A stretch of 64,000 nucleotides of DNA from Takakia lepidozioides (GCA_030704615.1 CM060733.1:53568001-53632000), one strand, 5' to 3'; shown: positions 1-12,047, numbered from the stretch's first letter. Translations and numbers: made by a program. The notes: generated from the sequence alone by a model not told the origin.

Positions 1-911
1 TGAGGAGGCCCATTTGTTATGAGTTGCATCCTGAGCTATAGCTAGGCCAGTTCCAAGGGAACAATGGTGGCCGAGGACGAGACAATGTAGTCCAGAGAGG
101 TAAATGAGGCAGAGGTCGTGGTGGAGGTCGTGGTGGAGGTCGTAACCAAAACCAAGGAGCACAGGGTTGAGGTCAAGGTCATAACCAAGGCATGGTGGAT
201 AGGCTTGCCCAGCTAGAACAACGTCTTGCTACCATGGCCACTACTCATGTTGCACCAGCTTCAAGGCCTGAAGTTCAAGCCCCACCTGCACAACCTCTTA
301 TGCCTAGGGAAGACCAAATTGGTATGGCCTTCATGTGTGGAGCCGCACTTGCATGACCATTGCATGTGGACTCTGCAGCTGCTGTCACTCGAGCAGCAAC
401 GCGTGCTCTTGAGCCAAGAGGAGCGGATGTGGATTTTGATCCTCAAAGGGGGGAAGCAAGTCGACAAACAAGGCTTCCATAATCTTTCACATTGGCTGAG
501 ATAGTGCCAACTACGCCATCGATGACACCCGCTCGCCCAAGCGTGTCAGAGGTAGAGCCACGAGTGCCATTGGGGAGAGTTGGTGTGGCTTAGGAAACGC
601 CAGTGGGTGGTGCTGCAAAGCAAAGTGCAGCTAGTACATTCTGGGGGCGGCTACGACAATTTGCCAAGCTCCATTATTTTCTGCAATGACAATTGCAATT
701 CCGGGGATTCGGCCAGCTGCTGTGTTCAGACTAGCAGCTAGACTCTGTGAGAGTGCTGATGCATTGGCACTATCTGCGGGGATAGCGGATAAGGTGCAGT
801 GCATTGATACCTTGGATTTAAGGGGGATACAGCCACAGCTGCGCCATGACAAGCGACAGCTACAATGTGCCATGCTTGTTGCACACACTCGTCTGTTATT
901 CGATGCAAATT

Positions 912-1457
912 TCTAACCGTACCCCACAGTGGAATATGCACAGGCACATAAAGAAACAAATCAGCTTTGTATGCCAATTACTTGTCATCATCAGGTGATG
1001 GCCTATCATCCGCATGGCTATTGCCCTCCAAGAGCTCACCACTCCAAGCCACCACCCCTGAAAATGCGGCCAATGTGGACATTGATCATGTTCCTATGAT
1101 CCACCGCTACATTCCCAATAAACCGCATTGGGAGCAGTGCACGTCGACCATCTCTTGACTGCCATTCCGGCCTATAGGATGTCGTTTCCTCCCAAAAGTC
1201 CAGAGTAAATCCCATGGGGTATAACACAGCCCCACCAACAAGCACATCATAGGACATCGCGTCCCAAACCTGCAATTGCTGCTCTCCCCAATATCAATGG
1301 CTGTGTTCCCGAGTCCAACAAGACCCGCAGTGGCCTATACCTCTTCCCGGCTAGGCCACCCAACTGAAATACACCATCCTGATTGTCCACCAGAATTACC
1401 CCATGAGTCACCATACTACGCTCAATGGCTGGTCTAGCTGGCAACCCCTGACTCAGG
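912..1457 (-). pseudogene. Retropepsin (aspartic protease) segment of the gypsy element, in inverted orientation
   Basis: Minus-strand ORF 1247-1444 contains RVLLDSGTQPLILG (DSG catalytic motif), and ORF 1036-1275 contains YDVLVGGAVLYPMGFTLDF (protease C-terminal strand). Flanking element ORFs are on the plus strand. Confidence 0.8.
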
Positions 1458-1464
1458 GATTTGT

Positions 1465-2400
1465 TTGCTAGACCTGTTTGGAGGCATGAACACTGGGCTT
1501 GCAGGAGTGTTGCAAGCAGGGATTAAAGTACGCAAGTACTTGTATGTAGAGAAGGATGAAATAGCTCGACGTATTTCTATGCGCCACATCGCCTTGCTCA
1601 CACACCGGTATCCTGGGTTGTTGTCTCTCTCAACAATTCAAGGGTATCAAAAGACTTTGCCAGTAGACATTACCCTACTAGGGGCGGATGATTTGGACCA
1701 GCATGGTTCCATTGACTTGGTGATAGCCGGATGGCCTTGCCAATGACACTCTCCTGTAGGTCATGGGAATGGCTTGCATGATGCACGATCGCATTTGTTT
1801 CGAGAGATGTTGTGAGTGTTGCGGGACTTGCAGACGAGACAAGTGCAACCTCTAGGCTATATGTTGGAGAATGTTCCACTCACGGGGGATTCTCGGGCCA
1901 AGTTTATGGCCAATGTATGTCAGGTGCGGTCTTAGATTAGATCGACAGTGCTATTAGATGCAGCAGCGGTGGGATCACGCGCGCATCGACCTCGATTGTG
2001 GTAGACCAATCTTGCACCACTAGAGTTGTACAAGAGAGCATACGATTCCATTCAACGGCCACCCAATCTCACGGTTGAGGCATTTTTTACCAAGGGAGGC
2101 AACCACAAAGGGTGCGACATGATGACCGTCCACCTTTGGCAGTGGTCAATCGAGTGGGGTAGCCACGTACGGCCTTGCCTACGCTCATGAACTTTCCCTC
2201 GTCTCATGCTTTTCGAGACAATGGTCTTGGGTTGTACGACAATTGGTGGAGCCTAATGCGGATGAGCGAGAGCGAGCAGTGGGGTTTGTTACGGGCACTA
2301 CAGATGTGCCAGCTCTGTCGGAGGTATCACGTCGCCAAGTGTTGGATCAGACAATGGATCTAAATTGGTTGATATGGGTCATTGGTTTGTGCATGACTGA
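1465..2400 (+). pseudogene. DNMT3-like C5 cytosine DNA methyltransferase domain embedded in the retrotransposon pol region (disrupted)
   Basis: Motif I LLDLFGG (1465), II YLYVEKD, IV IDLVIAGWPCQ (~1711-1743), VI YMLENV (~1858-1875), VIII SRAHRPRLW*TNL (~1975-2013), IX/X EPNADERERAVGFVTGTT...RRQVLDQTMD (2243-2360). In-frame stops and frameshifts. Confidence 0.9.
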
Positions 2401-4544
2401 GCAATGGAGATTGCAAGCAGTGGTGGCTACTTCAGCAATCCCATTGGATAGTGCATCTTCCCTGCCAACCGGGACGGTCGAGGCAGTGAGTGGGGGCGGG
2501 CACAGGATTGTGGGGTGCAAACACCCATGACAGATGTGGGATGAGATGCGCAAAGAGAGAGTCATTGGATCTTTCAAACAGCAATATGAGGAGTGGGGAG
2601 AGCCATGGACTGAGGATCAGTTGGAGGCCAAGGTGGCCAAGATTTTTGAAGAGGTTGAAAATGTTTCTTGCTTAGAGGATGTTCTCAAGGTGGCTATGGC
2701 GGAGCAAGTGGAGGCTATGCCACAGTCAGATTCGGCGGACAAGGCCCAAGCGGTAGCTATCTAGCAACCAAAGGATTCATCTCCTACCTCCAAGCCTGGT
2801 GTACCCAAGGTTGCAGTCATTGAGGACAATTGGGAACCAGATGTTGGACCTACAGTCACCGGAGGAGAGAGACAGAGGATTCAGCGATTTCTAAGGGCTT
2901 CTAGAAATTATTTTGCCTTCGGTTTGAAAGATTTGGGGAGTTTGAAGGGTCAGGAGATTCGTATTAATTTGGCAAGTGACACGCCAATCTTTCGAAGGCC
3001 CTACCGGTATAGTGACATGGAGAGGTCATTGATCCAGTCACAGACTATAGAGTTGTTCGAAATTGGATTGGTGGAGTGGTCAGGCGGGGAGTATGCCTCG
3101 GCAACGGTGATGCCAACTAAGAATGATATCTATGGCAATTGGACAGAAAGAAGGATGTGTGGGGATTATCGTCCTGTGAACCGTTAGAGTAAGTCCAATA
3201 GATTTGTCATGCCTACTCCAGAGGAGATCTTTGATGTCATTGGGCATGTAAAGGTGTTAGCACATTGGACTTGCGATCCGGTTACCACCAGTTGCCAATC
3301 AAAGAGGCTGACAAACAAAAGACGACATTCTGGGGGATTGATCAACATAGGAAAGATTGTTTGTAACAATGCGGTTCTTACTGTTTGGGTTGAAGAATGC
3401 TCCTGCAGAGTTTCAGAGGGTCATGGATGATGATGGAAGAGAGTTCGTAGTGACATATACTAGTCGCTCGAACAATGATGCCGAGGCGAAGTATAGTTCA
3501 TATGAAGGAGAGTGTCTAGCTGCGGTATGGACAGTGATACATTTCAGATGCTACCTCTATGCAAATCTCTTCACCATTGTCACGGATCACCAACCATTGA
3601 AGTGGTTGATGGAGTCAGACAAGCTTACATGGAAGCTTGCACGGTGGGTACTTATGCTTCAAGAGTATGACTTCCAGATGGTGCATCGAACCGGTATTGT
3701 CAATCGGGATGCAGATGGATTAGGTCACAATCCATGTACGAGCGAGCATGATGATATTGGAACTCAGTAGCATGGTGAGACGGATGAGGAGATGATGCCA
3801 AGATGACATACATCGACATTTTTGTGCATTCTAGCAATGGGAGCTCAAGCTGGTCCATCCCATGCGATTGGTCATGTAGATAGTGTGCATGACGATCCAG
3901 AGACTAGTGATGAGCTTAGTGGTGCTAAGGATGTGCATGAAGATGCAACAGTGTTGACATACCTTTGTACCGGAGAGACAACAACTAGTGTGATTGCTAA
4001 GGAGAGAGATCGGGTCCTACAACGAGCCAAGATATTCAAGTGGGAGGGGACTCACCTACTCCGGGTATGGGAGGATGGACGAGTGAAGATTGTGCCTCAT
4101 CCAACACAACGAGCGCGATTGGTACGCCATGCCCATGAGGAATTGAGATATTTTGAGGTGTAGTGCAGTCATAGTTTGCTGCAAGGGCAGTATTGGTGAC
4201 GGAGCATGCACACGAATATGCAACAGTTAGTGGCAAGATGCACGGTGTGTAATAAAGTGCGGGTTTTTTTCAACGCCCCTACTCCATAATTACATCCTTT
4301 ACCCATTATGGGTTTGGGCTAACGTTGGAGTCTTGACTTTGTAGGCCCATTGCCATTGACGATTCGCCATAACAAATATCTGCTGGCGATGGTGGAACAC
4401 TTTTCCAAATGTATTGAACTGGTGACATTGCCTGACAAAACAAGTGAGAGGGCTGCGTATGCATTCTTAGATCGAGTACCTAGTCATTTTGGTGCTCCAG
4501 CCGAGGTACTCACGGACCAGGGGAGAGAGTTCTTGGGGGAGTTT

Positions 4545-5161
4545 CAGGGAGGGCAGCTAAGGCGTGAGCAAAACCCGTGAACAGATTCCCTGATGCGTGA
4601 GCAGATTACTGATGCGGACCCCAAAACCGAGGAAACAAGTGGGCCTATAACCGTGGACACGAACTCCACTGCAAAGATGCAGTGTCCATTTGATCGGATC
4701 GAAGACAGACATACTCCATGACGACAATGTGGCACGACAATGTGGCACGAAAATGCGATGAAAAAGGTTTCGGATGAATGTATGTGGGATGAACGCAAAC
4801 GGGAATGGATGAACGCTGGATGATTATCGGATGAAAAATTGCCCAGACGAGTAAACCATGGATGACTACTACAACATGTATCATCAAAGATGAGCATGCG
4901 CAGGAAAGAAAACATTAAGCTGTCGTCAACGACAGCTTATCTCGCAGCCCATCTTAGCACATATCAACCCACGATAAAACCATAGGGGGGGGGGGGGGGG
5001 GGTTTCATTTTTGTGCAGGGAAGCAGGCCTAAAGGTGCCCTCAACGGTAGCTCAATTCCAAACAGGGGCACATGACATTTCAACTCAGGGAGCACATGCA
5101 TTACCGGTAAGTGAGTGTGTGGAGGGGCTGCAGATTAAGGTGTCGTCAACGACATCTTAAT
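4545..5161. repeat. Probable non-autonomous element remnant with GGATGAA subterminal-like repeats and two palindromes
   Basis: Abrupt end of the integrase at ~4545; repeated (c)ggatgaa motifs at 4770-4835; palindromes TAAGCTGTCGT-CA-ACGACAGCTTA (4916-4939) and ATTAAGGTGTCGT-CA-ACGACATCTTAAT (5134-5161); long G run at ~4985-5002. Confidence 0.4.
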
Positions 5162-5391
5162 TACTGCTGATAAGAGTTCACAATTCACACCCAGCAGTAG
5201 CTGCAAGAACCACAACCACTGTACATGCCCAGAGATCCAAGGCACGCAAGTTATATCCTTTCACACTTCTTCAGGATGGTAATCTGCCGAAGACAGTATC
5301 CTCATGCGCAGAATGACTCTTATTGCCCTCCAAAGAGACCTCAAAGAGCAAAAGTGTTGCATGCTTCTGCATCTAACAGACAGAAACACAC

Positions 5392-6052
5392 CTGACCAGG
5401 TAAACATCGATGGGGCCCATGGTATTGCAGAGCAGAATCTGGAAGCGTCGTTGTGGGTACTCCACTGCCTGAAGCATCCATATTTCACCATACATCAATA
5501 AGCAACTCGTAGGCAACAACCTTCCAGACCCTATCAATCTTTTGTACTCTGCAAAACTACCGAGTCTGTCACTAACATGCCCTGAACACAGATTGTACTC
5601 ATAAGACGTTGTTTGCCGTAGCCTTGTGGGCCCTGAACACAGAAAGGAAGAAACAGATTGTAGATTACAGACAAACAGACTTTGCCCCTGTTATGTGTGA
5701 TTGGCATTCAGATTATCTATCAGAAGGATGTGACTAAGGGTTTACCTCATCAGGGTCAGGGACCTCAAGAGTGGTGCCATGTGGGGCTTTGATAGCAATA
5801 AGCGTCTCATTCTGTTTGAAGATAACAAGCAGATTAGTCTCCCAGGCATAGCAAAGTACCTGATACTGTGTTTGTGAGATACATGACTCACAAGAAAGGG
5901 CACAAAAGTGTTCACTGCCTTGCAAAATATTCTAATGAGTGTTTCAGAAGCTCAGTTCAGGCACACAGGTTCTAAAAAGCAACTGCGGAGAAATTTCACT
6001 GACCTGAAAGCATGGCAAGCTCTTGATGTCATCCTCAGTAACATAAAGCCAT
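5392..6052 (-). pseudogene. E2F transcription factor gene fragment (3 internal exons of the dimerisation/marked-box region)
   Basis: AG/GT-flanked exons 6052-6004 (WLYVTEDDIKSLPCFQ), 5811-5746 (NETLIAIKAPHGTTLEVPDPDE) and 5468-5392 (AVEYPQRRFQILLCNTMGPIDVYLVS). No DNA-binding-domain exons found upstream. Confidence 0.85.
5593..5629 (-). mobile_element. 37-bp extreme 5'-truncated copy of the LINE at 9875-11237, with a 14-bp TSD
   Basis: ttgtactcataagacgttgtttgccgtagccttgtgg matches 9875-9911 (1 mismatch) and is flanked by direct repeats gccctgaacacaga at 5579-5592 and 5630-5643. Confidence 0.85.
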
Positions 6053-7107
6053 CTGGAGAGGAGGGCAGAATAAAATGGTTAGTGAATGCAGAGTAGATAT
6101 TGACCTGCTCCAGAGAAAATGAGAGTTCTACAATGCCACCACTAGAGATGAATGCAGAAAGCCCAGATCTTGAAAGCTATAGCAGGAAATGCCTAGTAGA
6201 ACGAACCACAAGCTGAACAAAGATGAGGAGGAAGGATTAGGCACGCAGACAGAGAAACACCATAGATACCACACCGGAATAGTGCGAGCAATGAACGATG
6301 CACTTCAAATTATTCGCTCTCCCTTGGATATCACACCTAAAACTCAGTAAAAGCAACATCCCATTCCAGGCTTGGATCTGCACCACAAAAAAACTAAACC
6401 ACTAAATCAAAACATATGGCTTGCAATCTTCATGTTCATTGAAAAAACTCCTGTCCAACTTTGTTCCTCTGCAACATCTTGTCCCCTGAGCACCTTTCTT
6501 ACTTTTAAGAGAGGAGCAAAGTAAGATGAAACTCACACTACCGTTCCAACCAGAGGGTGGGAACATCTTGTCAAACCCCACACAGCAAAGCTGCTTTGGC
6601 ACCTATAGCAGACGTGCATTTGACTGAGACAAACCATGCCACTTCATGGGAGAAGCCAAACGATCACAATACCAGCACCTGAACACAGGCAAGACCAAAT
6701 TTGACTGTGAAGATACCTCCCAAAATAACGCGTGCAATCTCTCACTCTGCAGCTGCCTGTAAGGGTATTTGATATGCAAAATTGGGGTTTTGATATCTTC
6801 CATGATCAGACTTCTAGGTTGAGTTAGTCTGGACCCCATATGCAATAACAGAGGCATCCCTCTCTGAAAGTGCAAGGCACCTGGACACCTCATGGGGTTC
6901 GCAAGCAACCAACTATCCACATCATTACGCGTACCAACAAATGCAAGAACCTGTCCACAACCACTTGGATTAGTTTAATGTAGTGCATACATGCATCTAT
7001 GCAACACTTTTGGAGAAATAAGCAGATCGTCTGGCTAGCTTTATCCTCCGTTATGCATAAGCAAAGCTCCTTCTGAAAGAAGAAAGATGAACATCTGACT
7101 GCCTCAC

Positions 7108-8997
7108 ATGGGAAACCAGTCCATTTGCAGGTGATGATACAGGATGGCAGTGTGACCATCTACCTCCTTGATCAAGCTGCCTTGATGAAAGCTGCAGTCC
7201 TATCTGCCACCTAGCATCAAGCATCATTTGACTTTGCCCAAAGCAGAATATTACAGTTGCAAAATGAATAAGAGACTCAAATGAAAGGTTGCAGCTTACT
7301 CATAGCGTGTGTCGTCCATGCCCATTATTAGCTCAAATATGTCAGCACAGGCTGCTTCCACCACTCCCATAAGTCTGCATTTTTCGTCTTTCAAGAAGCC
7401 ATCCACACCAAAACGATGGATGAAGCTCATATCCGAAATTGAGGTCTGTTTTGGTTGATTCAGCAATGGTTGAGTTGTCCCGGGCCATTATTCAAGTGTT
7501 GGCGTCATTCCAATGATATAGCATCTAACACTGTAATTGCCCTGCTCCGGCTCTGCGCCTGCAACGACTGGCTCTGCCTAAATACCTCCCCTATCTTATC
7601 TGCGGCACACAAAGCTCCGTACTGATTGGCATAAATCAGCATCTTTTACAAAAATGCAGTCATTCTACTGAACACAAACGAGAGATTTTTGAGGCTGAAC
7701 CACTTACATTATGGTCAACATCAGGTATTTCCTCAAAGAAACGAAGCCCTTCCGTATAGAACCAGTACAAAGATTAGTTTAGAGCTCAGGTATCAGAAAA
7801 TGCCAAACAGTGATCAAGCAACATTTACTGCAATACTGCCATTCAGCTGCATCCTGCTGGAAAGCAGACAAGGAACTACAAACTTGCCATTTTGGCATTG
7901 AACCAAATGCCAGTGTTTTTGAACTGCAGCAGCAGCATCCAGTGGGCGCTCCCCCCCATAACTCCAATGGTCTACCAACTCCGGAGGGCCTGCCACAGCA
8001 AGCCAGGTGCCACTCAGCACTGGACACTCTACAGATATCGTGGAAACCGAACCCAAATTCAAACCAAACAGGAAAGCAAATATGCTAGAGACAATGTGTG
8101 AACATTTTGCAAAAGTCTCCATACCACTGCCGGCCTTCCTTCGAACGTGGTTTCTTCCCTTCTCCTCCTATTCCTCTACTTGAGACTTGCCACTTTGACC
8201 CCTTCAAAGGCCAGGTGCAGACAGACATGACATTAATACACCTTTCAACAAGCTACGAAGGCTGGTTTAAGCTGGAAAAAGCACCAAGAAGTGCCAAACA
8301 CATGACAATATCATGTAAATTTAGTGAACACAAAATGTGAGATAAGCAGAATACAAACTGGCTTTCACGATCGGAGGACGAAGCAGTTCGCTCAGGCTCG
8401 CACTTCCTTTCAGTTCAGCAGGTGCATAGCGGCTGCTGCTCCCAGTAGCAGTGTGCATGTTCGAGTACTGCCAGTACCCCCCATCCCCCCGTCAGAAACA
8501 CGCTCTGTACTACTGCTGTGCTCACGTCTATCTTTGAAGGTTCGTTACAATGCAGTAGGTTAAGCTGCAGCAAAAGGCCCTTGTAGCACTAAACCTCAAT
8601 CCTCATGAATAGAACAAGCAGTCAGCACGTACAACTCATTGGCCCTTGCACCTCCTAAGAGCAAGCAGACTCCAGATTCGCTGTTCTGGTGATACACAGC
8701 ACCAGCTTAAACCTTCCAACTTCGGCAACTTCACTCAGGCCTTTACAGAGCAGGAATGCCTTTCAACATTGATCTTAAGTAGTCCAATTGGGTGACACAT
8801 GCACATGAACATATGTAACTCATTTGAAGGTCATTTGCACACTGTTGCAGCAGAGGACTTATCGAATCCCCAAGTGAGAACCCTCGCCTAGTGATACAAA
8901 CCAAGACCCAACTTTGCAAGTAGCGTAGCACCTGATCTATCACCTGTTCCAATGCCTCTTTCCATGCACATGCCTCCTGAATATTCAATGCGGCCAT
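7108..8997 (-). pseudogene. EDR2-like (PH-START-DUF1336) gene fragment, several internal exons with introns
   Basis: Exon translations MAALNIQEACAWKEALEQVIDQ, ERTASSSDRESQF, GPPELVDHW...KHWHLVQCQN, GLRFFEEIPDVDH, MGVVEAACADIFELIMGMDDTRYE and DCSFHQGSLIKEVDGHTAILYHHLQMDWFP match EDR2 as I recall it. N- and C-terminal parts are missing and lesions are present. Confidence 0.85.
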
Positions 8998-9874
8998 CTG
9001 CAGCATAACAAGTTACTCCAATGAACATCTCTCCAAATAACGTCAAGGTTCAGGACAGCAAACTCGTAGAGCAAATTCTCAAAGATTACACTTACTGAGA
9101 ATAATCACATGCATATTTCCCCAGTATAAGTCATCAAGTTCCACCAGACATCCCACCAAAATACGTCTCTTCAGATAGCTTGAGCACTTATCATGTGTTC
9201 CAATAGAACAGGACTCTCTGCAAGGTTTATCCATCAGTCAACCAAGCTTCAAGAGGCCATGGCTCATAAATACCCCACCCACTGTGTATGCAAACACTAG
9301 TCAAGGGCACAGAAGTACGCCCATTCTGGCACAGTAACAGCAATGGCACCAAACCTGTAAATAACAAACCATGCATGTGTACCCCAAGTAGGGGGGCTGG
9401 GCTATCCAGGGGTGGCCAAATAGACAGAAACTTATCTTCTGGGGACTAACGTTTGGGCGCATCCCGTGCCTTGACATCAAAAGACATCTCCGGCTCTGAT
9501 TCGCTGACCTGCTTTGATAGGCCCAACGCCAGATGGAGTTCCTGCATTATCCAGGATAAAAATTGATGATGGCTATCTAACAGATACTCCATAGTACATA
9601 AAGGCCATACCTGTAGTAGAGTGCCCTGCACTGCAGCACCCCTAGTCCCCAGAAATGTCATTTCTTTCAGAGAGTGGGAGATATTGATTAAATTCTCAAG
9701 TCCAACTTCATACATTTTGTAAATTTGCAATAAATACGAAATTATCAGAAAACCTTTCGCGTGGGCCGGGCGGAGGCATTGTGGTGCAATTGATGATGAT
9801 ATCAGGCCCAAATAGGCTAGATTGTGCCATAAAATTGAACAAAATAACATAGTAATGTGAGGAGGGAGGATAGA

Positions 9875-11237
9875 TTGCACTCATAAGACGTTGTTTGCCG
9901 TAGCCTTGTGGCCATTGACCCCGCGCCCAGTTTGAGCGGGAACAAAAGAGACAGAACCTACCTCTGTCAGGGGCTGACGTTGGTAGTAAGACTTTACTCC
10001 ATATAAAGAATTAATCCGGGTTTTCCAGATGTCCTCTAGAAATCCCTTCACACAAGCATCAATCTGCTGTGTGTGATTTGCCCAAAAACTAGGCTTCAGG
10101 AGGGCCTGGGCTTTTGGCTCAGCCTCGAGACTTTCAAAGTTGGTAAACAGGGTATAGGCACACTTCCCTTAATAGATTTGAAGAGAGCATCTCTTTGGTG
10201 AGAGAACCCCGGACAGTGTATCAGAAAATGAATACTGTCTTCAGATTGCCCACACAACGGGCAATTGCACTCTCCCTTTCCTCTCTGCTTCTGTTTGCTG
10301 TTCAAAGGTAGGCTTCCTGCCCTGAGTTTAAATTTCAGTCTAGTGCCGAGAGTGGGTAGACCCTTGAGGTCATCCAAGATGTCCTCCCCCATGTCACAGA
10401 CTGGAAACAAGTTCAGGGAAGTTTTCTGCCTAATTTCATTTTCATCAGACAATCTCATGGCAACAGACATGGCTGAGGACACTACAGCCTCTAAGTCAGA
10501 TTTATCCAGCAGGGTCAAGGCTTGCGGATCCAGGTCCGGGTCCTTGAGGATCTCTTCTACTCTCTTCTGCCAGGACTTAGCCTGTTTGACAGGGCGGTCA
10601 TGTTTCCAAGATATAGAGTCGATTAACTTAGGATATCTGGTGTTGGGCATATGTTGCAGCTGACCCCACCATCTGACCTTGAATTCATCTCGTCGGGAGC
10701 TTAAGGACGGAATGCCAAACTCACCCCGAACAGCCACATTGGCTGTTTTGGAGCATGCTGACATACACTCCTTAAGCACCCCCACTTGAATGGATTCTAG
10801 AGACTTAGCCTGGTTGGAGTTATCAACCCATATGGCAGATCCGTACTCCAAGGCAGGTCTAATAACGCGACAAAGCATGGTTTTCTTAACCTCAGAGTTG
10901 ACCCCTCTGAAGTGGAAAAATTTAGTGAGCCCCAGAGCTTTGCCCTTGGCAGTTTGAACAACTTTCCGGATATGTGCATCCCAATTACAATTGGAGGAGA
11001 ACTCAACGCCCAGGTAAGTGTAGGAAGGGAGGACTGGGATCTCTTGGCTACCCCACTGCCACTTAAGATCACTTCCTCCCTCTCCTCTGTCGTTGAATGC
11101 TACCACTGCACATTTGCTGACATTAGCCTCTAGCCCCCAAAGATCAAAGTATCTCTTCGCGCAATCAATCAACTCCTGGAGATTGGTTGGAGTCTCCCCT
11201 ATGCCTGCGAAGTCATCCGCAAACATAAGGGCTGGTA
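9875..11237 (-). mobile_element. 5'-truncated non-LTR retrotransposon (RT C-terminal half plus CCHC zinc finger), non-L1-like, 17-bp TSD
   Basis: ORF 10096-11262 has FADD, WGLEANVSKC, YTYLGV, RPALEYGSAIW and CPLCGQSEDSIHFLIHCP. TSD tgaggagggaggataga at 9858-9874 and 11238-11254. No poly(A) tail. Confidence 0.92.
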
Positions 11238-11277
11238 TGAGGAGGGAGGATAGAAAGGTCATTGGAGGGAGTGATCA

Positions 11278-11735
11278 CCTGTAAGTATGACTTCGCCCTC
11301 ATTAAGGGTCATGATGGTGCTACTATGACTGACAAGGAAAGGAATGCTGAAAATCATGTCCTTTGTACTGCCTTTCTGCTTCAGCTGTCCATCCACCGCC
11401 CACCCACCCATTTTAGTTGCAGCTGTTAGATACATAAAAGAGCATGCCACATAGGGGACCAAAAAGTCATATGTTACCATTGCTAACTGACTGTCCAACC
11501 TAAATTAGTAGAAGTCCTAAGCTTGTTTTAAACAAGCATGTGTTTGTAATCATTATAACTGCAGATGCCTCCTACTCTAGGAACAACCGGGGATCTGGTA
11601 CCTCTACATAAAGCTCCAGTGACCTTGGTACTGTGAATTGGTTACAAAACTGATTCTGAACAGTGGGACCAGGTAGATTTATCTCAAGCCATAGCTCCAA
11701 GTCATCATAGGCAGCCACTTTCTTCTTGGGTATCT
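11278..11735 (-). pseudogene. FAHD1 / fumarylacetoacetate-hydrolase-family gene fragment
   Basis: IPKKKVAAYDDLELWL (~11735-11688) and VDGQLKQKGSTKDMIFSIPFLVSHSSTIMTLNEGEVILTG (~11400-11278, ending at a GT donor). Confidence 0.75.
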
Positions 11736-12047
11736 GCATGCATCAGTCCCAGTTCCCTCCATCGACAATTCCCTAACACATAGTAAATTTGCTCAATTCA
11801 CATACCTCATAAACATGTCCGTCTCATCTCAATTTGCTCAAGTCCTGGAATATAACTGTGAAACCAATGATAACTAAGAATACCCAATTGTTGAGGGTCA
11901 TTAATTTTATCCATGGAAGACCTGTACATGAGAAACAATTCAGCCAAGGTTAGGACTACCTACTCCAGATAAAGTAGTAATTATGAAGGGTGCATAACAG
12001 AAGCTTGACCAATAATATTTTGCCACATCAAATCGCTAATGAAGTTA

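Larger units (their letters stand above)
1..4545 (+). mobile_element. Degenerate Ty3/gypsy LTR retrotransposon internal region (gag-like, inverted protease, C5-DNA methyltransferase, RT, RNase H, truncated integrase)
   Basis: RT motifs (PIFRRPYRYS, YASATVMPTK, RMCGDYRPVN, FGLKNAPAEFQR) at 2924-3430; RNase H (YSSYEGECLAAVW, VTDHQPLKWL, LARWVLMLQEYDF) at 3430-3770; integrase (WSLDFVGPLP, VLTDQGREF) at 4100-4545. RT-RH-INT order indicates gypsy. Many stops, frameshifts and deletions; no LTR seen in the window. Confidence 0.92.

Noticed and set aside
1465-2400. Host DRM or DNMT3 gene
   Set aside because: No introns, non-permuted motif order, no regulatory domains, and it is continuous with retrotransposon pol.
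5392-8997. Functional E2F or EDR2 genes
   Set aside because: Only internal exons are present. The two abut each other without starts or ends and contain lesions, so they are treated as captured fragments.
5579-9911. CRISPR-like repeat (ctcataagacgttgtttgccgtagccttgtgg, twice)
   Set aside because: Only two copies, 4.3 kb apart, each explained as a LINE 3' end with its own TSD.
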